This document shows positions 12,940 through 25,600 of a stretch of 64,000 nucleotides of DNA, piece after piece; position 1 is the first letter of the stretch, and every line of letters starts with the position of its first letter. This DNA is from Octopus sinensis. Taxonomy: Eukaryota. The stretch is taken from positions 15,810,001-15,874,000 of the forward strand of contig NC_043010.1 of assembly GCF_006345805.1 (NCBI RefSeq), written 5' to 3'. The notes under the pieces are model-generated. The model did not search any database. It saw only the letters and a list, made by a program, of their open reading frames with translations, and was not told the DNA's origin. The position numbers and the translations under genes are program-made.

Positions 12940-13700
12940 TTGATAAACTGGCAGAATTATAAGAGCATTGACCAAAATGTTTTGCTGTATATGTTTCCAG
13001 CTCTTTATGTTCAAACTCCACTGAGGTCAACTTTCCCTTTCATCCTTTTCAGGCTCAATAAAATAATGTTGAGCACTGGAGTCTATGTAATCAGCTAACT
13101 CCTTCCCTACTAAAATTGTTGGCCTTGTGCCAAAATTAGAAAGAATTAATTATTTTGGTCGATTGACAGATTCATTAATGAAACAAAATGCTTAGTGGCA
13201 TGTCTTTTTGGTTCGTTCAACTTTGCTTTTCATCCTTTCAGGGTCAGTAAAATGAAATACCAGTCAAGTACTGGGGTCAATGTAATCAACTTTCCTTTCC
13301 CCTCAAAATTACTGGCCTTGTGCCAAAATTTGGAACCATAAGCATGCCGGGCAAAATGCTTAGTGGCATTTCATCCATCTTTACTTTCTGAGTTCAAATT
13401 CCACCGAGGTTGACTTTGCCATCCATCATTTTGGGAGTCGATAAATTAAATACCAGTGAAAGAGTGGGGGTAATGTAATCAGCTGGTCCTCTTCCCCAGT
13501 AGAAAGGATTATTATTTGTAAAGGTAGTGAACTGGCAGGATTGTTGGCATGACGGACAAAATGCTTAGTGATATTTCCTCTTACTTTACCATCTGAGTTC
13601 AAATTCTGCTGGGGACAGCTTTGACTCTTACCCTTCCAAGGTTGATAAAATAAGTACCCATTGAGCCCTGGGGTTGAATGTAATCAACTGGTCCCCTACT
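12940..13700 (+). mobile_element. Cluster of about five degenerate family A-related SINE fragments
   Basis: Repeated aaaatgcttag...gagttcaaattc...ctttgcc.ttcatcc...aagtacc.gt units. Confidence 0.7.
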
Positions 13701-13754
13701 CCACCCCACTCATCTCCCAAAAACTTCAAGTTTGTGCTTATAGTTAGTTCTCTC

Positions 13755-14000
13755 TGTGCCACGAGGCACATAAGGCCTCAACATCATCTCACCGACCAGG
13801 TCTGTTTTCTGTTACTGTTTTGGTCTCGTTCCAGCTTCTCCACCCTTCTCGTCTCCTTTCCTTGTCTGTGGTCCTTTACCATGTGCTTTTAGGGTGCCCT
13901 GCTTCTCTTTTTCCCTGAGGGTTTCACTTTAGTGCTGCCATACAATCTCTTTCCCCGATCTTGTCTGAGGCCATGTCCCCATCCAGCCACACAGCCTCTC
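13755..14000 (-). mobile_element. Decayed RTE 3' fragment
   Basis: Minus strand NPQGKREAGHPKSTW...GWRSWNE...VEALCASW. Confidence 0.7.
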
Positions 14001-14339
14001 TGTCTTATTTCATTATTTCATTGCTGTTGTTGTTGTTGTTGCCCCTTTGTTCTCTCTCGATTGTGTCATTTCAGACCCTTTGCAGCCACTTGATGTCGAG
14101 TGCTTTATAGCAGAAACAATTATTATGATTATTATTTGTAAAACAATAAAGAACAAACGAATCCTTCACACCGTCCATTTTTGTTGTATGATATTTTTCT
14201 CTCTTCTTTCAGACAATCCAAGAGAAATATTGATGAGGTACAACTAACTGGAAAGTTCCATTGGAAAGCTCCAGTTGGAATTCTTTGTTTGTTTGTGGGT
14301 GTTTGTGTTTTGTCTGTGATATTTTAAATTTCCTCCTTT

Positions 14340-14805
14340 ACACATATATATGTATGTGTATGTATATATGTGTGTGTATGTACATATATGTGTGTATGTA
14401 TATGTGTGTATGTATATATGTATATGTATGTATGTATATATGTATATGTATATATGTATATATGTATATGTATATATACATGTATATATATATATGTGTA
14501 TATATATACATATACATACATACATACATACGTATACGTATATATATATGTGTATATATATGTATGTATATATATATACATACACATACATACATACATT
14601 ATATGTATGTATATATATATATGTATATGTATGTATATATATGTATATGTATGTATATGTATGTATATATATGTATATATATGTATATATGTATATGTAT
14701 GTATATATATGTATATATGTATATGTATGCATATATATATGTATGTATATGTATGCATATATATATGTGTATATATATATGTTTATGTATGTATGTATGT
14801 ATATA
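14340..14805. repeat. Compound (TATG/TA/CA) microsatellite
   Basis: Direct inspection. Confidence 0.97.
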
Positions 14806-15630
14806 TTCTTTTTCTTTTGGTCTTGTCTCAATCTCTGGACTGCTGCCATGCTTTCTCTCTCTCTCACATACATGCACTTGTATGTGTATATTCGTATATT
14901 CACACATAATTGTAATGTGTGTGTGTGTGTATGTATATTCATATATATTTTTGTGTGCACCGGGCCTTTAGGTTCTTAATATTGGTGATTTTTATCAGTC
15001 CTTTTATTTATTTCAATCCACTGATTTCCCTTTTTTTTTTTTTACGATATTTTTTGTTTTTCATCTTTGATGTTTGTCTGTAATTTCCATGGTTTGTTTA
15101 AGTTGGTTTTTCTTTTCAATAATTTTTGTCTAGTCATGTATGGTCAATTATTATTATTATTATTATTATTATTTTTAGTTTGCTTGCCTCTTATTTGAAT
15201 AAGGAAGGTCTTTTGATTAAGTGTGGTCAAGTGGATTCAGCTTTTTCTCTTTGTATATATGTGTGTGTCATCTTTCCTACACCTCATCCCATTTTTTTGT
15301 ATTTTATCTTTGTTTTTTTTTTCCAGGAAAGAAATGGCTTTTATAAAAATTTCCATCTCAATTATTGTTGTTTTAGCATGTTTTGTTGTTGTGGTGGTTG
15401 TTATTAATGATTTTTTGCTGTATGTTTTTTTATATAATTTACAATGATTCTTTGTTTTTCCTCGCATCATCAGTTTTAATGTCCATTGTTAAGCAGTGAT
15501 GCTGTTCGTTTTCAAAAAGGGAATATTATTGTAATATGGAGAACCAAGTGTGATTCACATACCTCTTTAGTTTTGACTGTCCTACTTGGTTAAATCCAAG
15601 ATGTGCCCTACCCATCTAACATCTCACTAG

Positions 15631-15820
15631 GCTGATCTGGAACCCAACCTAGGCCCCCATGTCTACGGCGTTCGCCGCTGGAATAAGGAGTGGTTGGAGA
15701 TCACGCGGTCGTTAGCCTCAAATCGCCAGGCCTGGTCGGCGTTTGTGAGAGACGCAGCATTGAGGATGAACGAAGCCAGCTCAACCCACCCCGGGTGAAT
15801 GCTGTAAGAAGAAGAAGAAG
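15631..15820 (+). mobile_element. 5'-truncated RTE with (AAG)n tail
   Basis: Perfect 13-bp TSD AACATCTCACTAG. Confidence 0.9.
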
Positions 15821-16156
15821 AACATCTCACTAGAACCTAGCAAATTCCCTTTCTAGCTCACACGTCTACATGCGTCCCTCTGCTCCCACTGCCTGAGGCC
15901 AAAGAGGCCCATGCCGTTCCTACTTCCACCCATTTGACCTCAATCACTCTTCTTCTTTTGGTAAGGCCCCTCAGCCATTAATATCACTGGTCCTTTCCTC
16001 CCGGTTCCCTTTATCTCCACAATTATAAAGTGGTTGATAACAGTTCACTGTGCAATGAAGTAGCCTCCTTGAAGACAAGTTACATCATACTATGGTAGAT
16101 TTCTCTTCTTTATTATGGCATAAGACTTATTCCACTCTTCATTACTTATATTGACT

Positions 16157-16602
16157 AGAATCCTTCAATCACCTCTGTCTACGCAGCATCCTTTGTGTCC
16201 GATGGCCTCACTTTGTTTCCAACAATTTGGTGCAACACCAGTGCAGAGTCACCTCCCTCCGACAAGTCATCCTAACGAGACATCTGCGTTGGCTGGGTCA
16301 TGCCCTCTGTCGTCAACCAGGAGAATTCATCTACGAAGCAATTGCCCCAGCTCCCCTTCAGGGTTGGCGAAAGCGATGTGGTGGATAATGAAAAACCTGG
16401 CCGATGACAGTCAAGGCTGATCTGGAACCCAACCTAGGACCCCATATCTACGGCGTTTGCCGCTGGAATAAGGAATGGTTGGAGATCACGCGGTCGTTAG
16501 CCTCAAATCGCCAGGCCTGGTTGGCGTTTGTGAGAGATGCAGCATTGAGGATGAATGAAGCCAGCTCAACCCACCCTGGGTGAATGCTATAAGAAGAAGA
16601 AG
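16157..16602 (+). mobile_element. Longer copy of the same (AAG)n-tailed RTE family
   Basis: HLRWLGHALCR...KTW...RWNKEWLEIT; TSD ATATTGACT. Confidence 0.9.
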
Positions 16603-16913
16603 ATATTGACTTTTGCCAACACAAAAATCACAAGTTTACTTACATTCATCAGAGTTACTAAGATTACAGGTGTTCCAAGTGACCATCACTACATTAATAT
16701 ATTATCAATTAATCTTTGGCTTGTTGAGATTATTAAATATCTTAAGAATCTAATGAACAAATACAAACCTTATGTGAAATATATATTGCTGCTGCTGCTG
16801 AGGGTGGTAGATTGACAAAATCACTAAAGTATCAGGTAGAAAAATCCCTGAAGTATCAGACAAAATGCTTTGTGGCATCAAGTTAATGGCTATTTATGTT
16901 CTGAGTTACAAAA

Positions 16914-17124
16914 CCCTTTCGTTACAAAACCGGCTCTGGCTCTGAGTACAAATGTCTTGTTTCCATAAGTTCTGAATTAAAATTTTCCACCAAACCTTAG
17001 TCACAATTTGTGTTCCTAACACTCACTGAATGATAACCAAGTTATTTTACTAAATTCTTTGTTATATTTAAAATTAATTGAAAGAAACACAGAGCATCTC
17101 AACAGAAATACAGTAATGAAAGGG
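16914..17124. mobile_element. piggyBac-type MITE family F (other copies 31998-32217, 32249-32469, 48929-49148 inverted)
   Basis: ~220 bp; TIR ccctttcgttac...gtaacgaaaggg; TTAA at most ends; four similar copies. Confidence 0.85.
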
Positions 17125-17912
17125 TTAAACATATGTATTTGTGCCACACCACAATCCTGTGGAAATGAACTCAGTTTCATTAACAAGGGTTAAGTACAGT
17201 CAAAGTAAACTTTGCTTTTCATACATCCAGGGTCAGTAAAGTAAAGTACTACTCAAGTACCAGAGTCAACATTATTGACTTACCCATCACCCAAATTTCT
17301 GGTTTTGTACCTATGCTAGAAAGAATTATTATTATCATTGCTTCTAAAGTATTTGCTTCGCTACAGAAGGCATGAGAAATGCCTCAAAAGCCACAACAAT
17401 AACCACTGTGACTACCACTAGTAATGTTACCTCATCATCACTGCAACTATTCTCATTGTAGCATTTATCTTCTTGTTCTTAATGTGATTTAGTAGTTCAG
17501 TTTTAGAACCAGCACTATAGCCCTTGGTTTTCTGGTAAGAAAATCATTTGCTTTTGATTCTTTTACTGTTGACTCTTAACTCTTGCTTTGAGCTCCCGAT
17601 CACAAGATTGAAGGCCCTTAGTTTTATTTCAACAGAATCATTGATCTATTGCTATGGGCACTTGAACTTAGCATTATAGAACTTGAGCCTGTCCAACTAG
17701 GAGTACAATTAAATTGTGCAAACTAGTACATATTTCTGTCAAAATGAAGGCATTCTTTCTATTACCCTGAGCTTCAGGATTCAATTAGTATGTGTTTTTC
17801 CTTAAAACTTGTGTGCTACATTAGAATTTCAAAAATGAAAGACAAACATATCACTGAAACTTTATAGATCACCATTTTAAATCGGCCATTTAACCCTCTC
17901 CTTACCATATTT

Positions 17913-18166
17913 GTGGAGGCCTAGTGGTTAGAGCAGTGGACTCATGGTCAAGGGATCGCGGGTTTGAATCTCAGACCGGACGATGTGTGTGTTTATGAGC
18001 AAAACACCTAAGCTCCATGCAGCTCCGGCAGAAGGTAATGGCGAAACTTCTGCTGACTCTTTCGCCACAACTTTCTCTCACCTCTTTCCTCATGCATCTT
18101 GCAGCTCACCTGCAACGGACTGGCGTCCCGTCCAAGTGGGGAACCTATAGCCAAGAAACCGGGAAG
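17913..18166 (+). mobile_element. SINE family D
   Basis: 11-bp TSD TTACCATATTT. Confidence 0.9.
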
Positions 18167-18454
18167 TTACCATATTTCTGTTGAAATACAATGCTTTCGT
18201 TTGAATTAATTTTGAAGGTAATTTTTGTTACTAAGTCAGTGCTTGGAACATAAATGAACATAGGATTCTATGTAGAAAGCATTGGTGATGGTTCCATGTA
18301 AAATCTGTTGGTTCTATGTAGAAAGCATTGGTGATGGTTCCATGTAAAGTGCACTGGTGAGGTGATGATACCACGTAAAAGGCATCCAGCACACTCTGTG
18401 AAATGGTTGGTGTTAGGAAGGGCATCTAGCTGTAGAAATTATGCCAGAACAATG

Positions 18455-18856
18455 GGATCTTTTCGGTTTGAACGGCAGTTTTTTCTAGCGGTGTCATATG
18501 AAATTGTCACCTATAATCATCACCCTAGTAGCGATCTATTGCATTTCAATCTATTTTAGGATTAGGGGTGAAGGGAAGGGTATCTTTTTTTCTTCACAAA
18601 TGTAAATAAACCCAATCTGTTTCTTAAACGAGGGACATATTCATACGGCACAGAATGTTTTCACCTCAATGGACGTCACTGATTGGTTGAAATTGCATAA
18701 AAAAAAACAACAAATATCTTCCAAACCATAGAATTTTCTCAATAAAGCCAAGAGAAAAAGATGTTTTATAAACACATTCTACCAGTATACGAAGTTTAAA
18801 ATTTTTTAGTTACCTAGAAATTATGTTAAAAACTGCTGTTCAAACCGAAAAGATCC
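18455..18856 (+). mobile_element. hAT-type MITE family E (~410 bp), nested in an RTE 3'UTR remnant
   Basis: TIR ggatcttttcggtttgaacggcagttttt; perfect 8-bp TSD GAACAATG. Confidence 0.92.
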
Positions 18857-19311
18857 GAACAATGTTCCTGTCAAATTGTCTAACCCATACCAGCATGGGA
18901 AACAGATGTTAAATGATGATGTCTTAATCATTGGAAAACTTGAAAAGTGTTGATAGTCAAGAATGTTAATGAGCTTTAAAATGGGTTACAACTGGAGATC
19001 AAAACTGGATTTTTGCATAATTGCTCCTATACAATTTGATCTCTTTTATCTAGATACAATTATTATTTTTTTTACAGATTGGGAGAGGAGTGGTATTGTC
19101 GAATTACTGTAGTATGATACTGGTATTGGATTTTTCTTTATGGCAGTTTATATATTGTTACAGGACGGTGACCATAAATCTTAACTTGCAAAAGTTCAGT
19201 CTACTCAACTGTAAATGGATATCAAATACTAAGCTCAGATAATTCCATTTATGTAGAATGGGCTGGATGATCTCTGCCAGGCTGCCACGCCTTAAATGAA
19301 GTCCTCAGTGG

Positions 19312-19632
19312 TACACTTGTTGGTTGGGACCCCCTTCGGTCATGACTGACCGTGGGTTTGCACCTAGAAAGTTACCCTCCCAGGCACAAGTCCGGGCAAG
19401 GTTGTTTATGGGAGACCAGCAGTTGCCCATTCATACCGGCCTCCCCTCTCCACCCACCCACTGTTATCCAAGGGAAAGGCTAAGGGGCCGATAAAGTTTG
19501 GCACCTGTGACGTCGCAACGTGAAATAAAGTGTCTTGCTCAAGAACACAACACGCAGCCCGGTCCGGGATTCGAGCTCACAACCTCACGATCCTAAGCTC
19601 GACACTCTAACCACTGAGCCATGCGCCTTCAC
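19312..19632 (-). mobile_element. tRNA-derived SINE (single copy of another family)
   Basis: Minus strand ggctcagtggttagagtg...gagctcgaatcccgg then gtgttcttgagcaagacacttta. Confidence 0.75.
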
Positions 19633-21013
19633 TAGTGGTACACTATAATCCATTGATTTATGGATCTCAACACATTCATTAACAGTAAATATTTTATTGA
19701 AGTATGAGTTTGACAGGAATTTGAATGTAGAACTGTACGGTACGGATTTTATAATATGTTCACCACCAATGAAACAACAATAAAATAGCTGCTACCCAGT
19801 CATTCAACTTGCTAAACAAAACAGCCAAATATCACTTAAAATGCACCTACTTTCATTAAAAAGAATGAAAACATTGGAGAGTATAGTTTTTAGATGTACA
19901 ACAGCAAAAGAAAGTAGAAAAAAAACGATTGATGGAGACTGAATTGTCTTTCATCATAAATCTGCTTCATCAGATTGATCTGATTGAAACAACATCAGCA
20001 ACTGGAAATACTTCAGAATACATTTTCCTTTCTTTACTTTTCTAAGATTGCTATCTTCAGTGAAGCTATGGCTCTTCCCAACCCAGAGTATCATCACACC
20101 ATCTCAACTCGAAATAGGAATTTTCATTTCCATGTATTGTGAAATTACTCTTGGGTGTGGTTTTCTGCACAAGTTTGTATGTATTACCATTGTCATTGTG
20201 TTCATTTTAACATCCACTTTTCCGTGCTTGTATGGGTTAGGTAGAATTTATTGAGGCAGATTTCTGATGGCCAGATAACTATTTCTTTATTGCCCACAAG
20301 GGGCTAAACATAGAGAGGACAAATGGATTAAGTCAATCATATTGACCCCAGTATGTAACTGGTACTTAATTTAATCGACCCCGAAAGGATGAAAGGCAAA
20401 GTCAACCTCGGCGGAATTTGAACCCAGAACGTAGAAGCAGACGAAATACCTATTTCTTCATTACCCACAAGGGGCTAAACACAGAGGGGACAAACAAGGA
20501 CAGACATAGGTATTAAGTCGATTACATCGACCCCAGTGCGTAACTGGTACTTAATTTAATCGACCCCGAAAGGATGAAAGGCAAAGTCGATCTTGGCGGA
20601 ATTTGAACCCAGAACATAGCGGCAGACGAAATACCAATAAGCATTTCGCCCGGCGTGCTAACATTTCTGCCAGCTCGCCGCCTGATGGCCAGATACCCCC
20701 TTCCTGTTGCCAACTTTATCCTGTTTTAAGTAAGGTAATATTCTCCCACAGCCGGACATATTTTCAGTGAAGACTGGAAATGGGGAACTCTACTTGTTTA
20801 TAACTGTCCTGTGGTGTCAAGACAAAGTGGTGCACGTCCACACACACACTGGGCTTCTTTCAGTTTCCATCTCCCAAATCCTCTCACAAGACTTTGGTCA
20901 GCCTGAAGCCATACTAGAAGACACCTGTTCAAGGTTCCACATAGCCATGCCTGTGCCTTTGAGTGATTGTTACTATAATTTGGAATTGGTACTCTTTTGG
21001 GATTTTAATTTTA

Positions 21014-21049
<36 letters not shown>

Positions 21050-21267
21050 GTTCCTGATTAAAGTGCTGGGCCAACGGTTTTAAGCAGAAGGGATTAGTTG
21101 ATGCCATCTGTCACAGTTCTTCTTCTGTTACTTAACCTTATCAACCTTGAAAGGAAAGTTGACCCTGGCAAGATTTGAACTCAGAATGCAAAGAGCCAGA
21201 AGAAATACTGCAAGGTAATTCTTCCAACACTTTAATGATTCTGCCAGCTGTCTACATTTATATTAAT

Positions 21268-21665
21268 ACTAGCAGTATTGCCCGGCATTGCTCGGGTTTG
21301 TAAGGGAAATAACTATATAAGCATTTTTAGAGATGTAAAGTATAATAGCCATCTCAATATGGCTAACCACAAAGGGGGGGGTGTTATTGTAGCTTTTTAC
21401 GTTCTGAGATTTAATAATAAATTTTTAGAGAGTTACTTCCCTTATATATGCCAAAAATGCATTCAAAATGGGAAAAATTGATGGTAAATTTTTTTTTAAA
21501 TCGTAGACTCATCGTAGACGCGCGCTAATACCCAGAAGGGCTCGATATGAATCACGACTATAAGATACCCGGTTTTGGTTAAACTGCACCGCAAAATGTG
21601 GGAGTAGTTAGGAATCTAAATCGTAGGAGACAGACAGCACTCAACCTCTCTTTTATATATAAAGA
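21268..21665 (+). mobile_element. Helitron/HINE-like repeat, second copy
   Basis: High identity to 526-905. Confidence 0.5.
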
Positions 21666-21847
21666 TTAACGGTGGCACTTATTCTATTTATTCAGCAGTA
21701 CTGAGAGGCATTTTGCTCAACGGTAAATACAGAGTATTGAACCCATGGACAGAAACAATATAAGACAATGGGCTTTAAAACTTTTTGATGCTTTTAATCC
21801 TTTTGCATTTATCAATTCATTGTCACTTGTCATTTGTTGCTTATTAA

Positions 21848-22482
21848 ACCTTTAGTATTCAGATTATTCTGTCAAATGTAAAGCTTATGTAATCAAATTG
21901 TTTGAATTAATCATGCAAAGACGTAGTATTGAAATTTTGAGGATGTGATTGCTTATTCTTAGAATGACATTGTAGGATAAGTGTGCAAAGCCGGATCCTG
22001 CCAGTTTGAATATAGAACAAGTAGAATATTTGGGCCGGATATGGCCGGTTTAAATGCTAAAGGGTTAAACCTTTACTGACAATTATTATTAATTTATTGC
22101 TACACCAATTTTACTTTACTAACATTTTGATAATAATAAAATAAAATCTTAAATTGTTCACTTGTCTCAATCTTCTTCATTTGGGTTTGACTAATTTCAC
22201 AACGAATAACTATATTTAAAAATCTATTTATCTATTCAACTACATCTGCAAATAAACTTAACCCTTTCATGTTCAGATTACTCTGTTAATTGTGATGCTT
22301 TTTCACTCAAATTGTTTTGAATTAATCATGCATTATCTCATAGCTTTGAGGTTTCAATGATGTGAATATTTATTTTTAGAATGTCAATGTAGGTTAGGTG
22401 TGAGAGGCTAGATGTGGCTAGTTCGAATATAAAACATGTAGAATATTTTGGGCCGGATGTGGCCGGATTAAACACTAAAGGG
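21848..22482. mobile_element. Two piggyBac-type MITEs of family G (21848-22064, 22262-22482)
   Basis: Ends resemble ccctttagcatt...aatgctaaaggg+TTAA; a further copy starts at 44677 and is split by a hAT MITE. Confidence 0.75.
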
Positions 22483-22531
22483 TTAAGATTAACAATTGCC
22501 TGTATTAAATTGTGTATCTGTTTTCTTGCAG

Positions 22532-22619
22532 ATAAAAGGGACAGTTCTCAGCTCAATACTTCTGCTACTACTCAGTCGAAAGTGCCCCTGGCAAGACCCA
22601 TTCCACCAATTCCCACCAA
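22532..22619 (+). CDS. Exon (KRDSSQLNTSATTQSKVPLARPIPPIPT)
   Basis: Acceptor ttttcttgcag, donor GTGAGT; phase 2 end joins 25018 in frame. Confidence 0.8.
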
Positions 22620-25600
22620 GTGAGTAATTTTGTGATATCATTGCTGTTATTATCCAAGAGTCAAGCTATTGTAATACCATTGTACCCTATTGTTGTTGGC
22701 ATCCTTTTTGTCTCGGGAGACAATGGAGTTGCGTATAAAATAGTCTAGTCTGGCTTTTACATTTCATGTCCTAACACATTTCCTGCTGTGGCTGTGTAGC
22801 ATTGTACACTATATGTTGACAATAAATTCATTCAAATTATTCCCAGTCTATTTGTTGTCTTTAGGGACATCAGCTTCATGAGCAAACTGGAGAACCTATA
22901 CTTCCGGAATTTTTTAAGGAATGTAACAGATTTTATTCAAATGAATTACAAATTATGGCACTGTCTACTTCAAATTATATTCTACAGGCCAACAGCATCA
23001 CCATCATTATCGATATTATTGTTTTATATTTTTCAGACTATTAACCTCATATTTCCAAAGTTTACATTTTACCAGCGTCATCCTTATTATCAATTTAACA
23101 TTACTAAACTGTTTATCTGTTGGAATATCTTGTTTATTTAAACTGTAGTAATATTACTAGTTAGTTACATTCAGTCATTTGATAGGCTTTCATTTGGGTG
23201 TGTCTCAAGATGTACTCTGTCAAATAGCTTCCAACCCCAATTAGCTAAACTATTTAAAAAAAAAAAATGCATTTCCTAAATACATTGAATAAGAAATATT
23301 TGTGTCTTTAAAACGATGAACTTCCTGACTGGAAATGAGGAATTCTCTTGTTTTAGGCTCCTGAGGACTTTGGTAATTGTGGCTCTCAGCTCATCCTTTG
23401 TGTTGCAGCTTGATTTGTTGGTCTCTCATTCCATTATACCCTACGCAAAGAAGTCAAAGGGTTTGCAGTCAGGCAAGTTGGGAGTCCAAATGTCAAGTGC
23501 TGCATGATCAAAGAAATTCTCCGACAACCAGGCCCGAGTCTTCCAGCTGGTGTGGCAGGGTGCAGAGTCCTGCTGCCACATGTATGGCCTTCTTGCAGCT
23601 TCCCAGTTGATCCAGACTTCACCACCTGGTTCAGAACATAGATGTAGCTGTCGGTGTTCAGTCTGAGGCTCTCAGGAAGAGGTGGGGTGGCATTCACTGC
23701 TGACGACACCAAAGATCATGATTGTCACTGGAAATTTCTTCTGCATGACTCTGGGCATGTCTTTGGGTGAGACAGCAAGCCACCTGTGGTGCTGGGGGTT
23801 GATCTGGTCTTGGCAAAAATTCTTGTTGAAGAAGAACCACAGCATAGCAGGCCCCAGCAGGTGCTTCAACTTGATGATTAGCTTCTTGGTGTGTTTGAGT
23901 CAATTTTACTGCATCACCTTGAACAGAAATGAATATACTTCAAATCCATTAACGAGGATTGACCAGAAGGTAAGTCTGGTGCCAGCAGCCACGGTAATTC
24001 CAGCTCCGGTAGCGTATATTAAAATTGTTGCGTTTGAAAAGCTTGTAGTCAGAATTCGGGTCTCGAAAACGTGCCACAGCATGTTCGGGGTGACGGCGCC
24101 GTCGCGGGCGTGCTTCTCGCGCGTCCACTTTGGTCGTCCGTTTACACTCCCGGCCCTATTCGCTGGTGCGTGCACGGTTGGGCCACGGAGCTCTGCGCAC
24201 ATCGCCGCCGCATCAGCTGTCCTGCCCTGTCTTCGCCTGCGCGTGTCGTCCGGTTTCACGCCTGCACGTCATCACTTCGGTCAGTGCTTTCCTCATCTTG
24301 TATGAATAGTAGCAACATCAGCCTGATGATCTTTTTATCCACACCTTTATCCTGTGCAATGGCATGCATTGACTCGCTGGCATAATTGTTGATGATCTGG
24401 ATCTCATCAATGAATTCCAGCATTCTGATGCTGTCAGATCATTGATCATAACTTTTCCTAGCTGCTTTTGCCTTGTACTTGAACCCTGAATCTTCCAGCT
24501 CCTTTGTCACCTTTTCCACCATCCTTCTGACGTTGAGCTAGTCTGAAATTTCTTTGTTTGTCCTTCTGGTACAGATTCCAAGGAGGAGTCCATGCCTCTT
24601 TCACAAATTGCGGGTTCAAAGTTTTCCACAATCAATTATTCTGACAATAAATAAAGCAAAAATGGTTATTGATTTTAAAAGGAAATTGACCAACGACAAA
24701 AGTAAAGAAAATATGCATAAATTTAGGAGTTCAGTATTGCAAATGAATACCATCCACACTCTGTAGTTATGCCTTGAAGATAAGGGTTCCACCAAAATGA
24801 TTTACTTTTCTCATACACTGTAATAAGGAAGTCTTCAGTAGCTGTATCTCTACAACCTGTTTGCAAATGGAACTCACTACCACTGAATACATTGAGCTTA
24901 GAATAGATCAAGGGTTCATATAACTTGCTCCTCAAACATTTGGGACCAGCCTCATTATACAAAAACTGGTTTTACTTAGGTTATTCTTACTTTACTTTTC
25001 TATTTTTCTTTTTGCAGGAAACCTGGGAAACCTCCTGTACCTGTATGTCCTCCACGCCCAAAAGTTGATGGTGAGACCTCCACTAATCATAGAAGTGTTG
25101 TTGGCCCCGATTCAAGCTTTGATTCTGTTCATTCCACTCATTTACCACCAGATCGCCCTACACCAGTTACTCGCAAGCTTTCCAAACATGGCGCACCCCC
25201 ACAACGCCCAAATGTCCCACCGATAGTGAAAATTTCTTCGACTTTCTTGTCCTCCTCTTCATCATTACCCTCTTCTTCTACTTCCAAAACACCACTTTCA
25301 AGACCGCAGTCAGTAGTGCCAACTGTCAGCAGTCATGAGAACCCTTTACAGTCCAGTGCATCCGTGGATCACTGTACTAAATCACATTGCCCACCACCCA
25401 GGCCCCAGCCTCGTACTTCAATAAGTCACAGTTCCAGTTCCTCTTCAGAGAAACTCACATGTGTTACCCCTCCGAAACCCCAGCCTCGGAAGAGAGTACC
25501 TTCTGCTGCAGTAAATACTCCCCTACCACGTAACAGCTCTAATAATCTGAATGATAATAATAATAATACCAACATTAATAACAATAATAATCTGAATGAT

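Noticed and set aside
14244-14979. Many long ORFs (His/Thr/Tyr/Ile or Cys/Val repeats), also 8..259, 1164..1466, 43360..43707, 63723..63992
   Set aside because: Translations of stop-poor microsatellites.
23925-24277. Functional 18S rRNA gene
   Set aside because: Only ~350 bp, substituted in universally conserved positions, and embedded in a transposon.
23682-24305. 207-aa ORF as a novel gene
   Set aside because: Chance frame made of antisense transposase plus 18S sequence.
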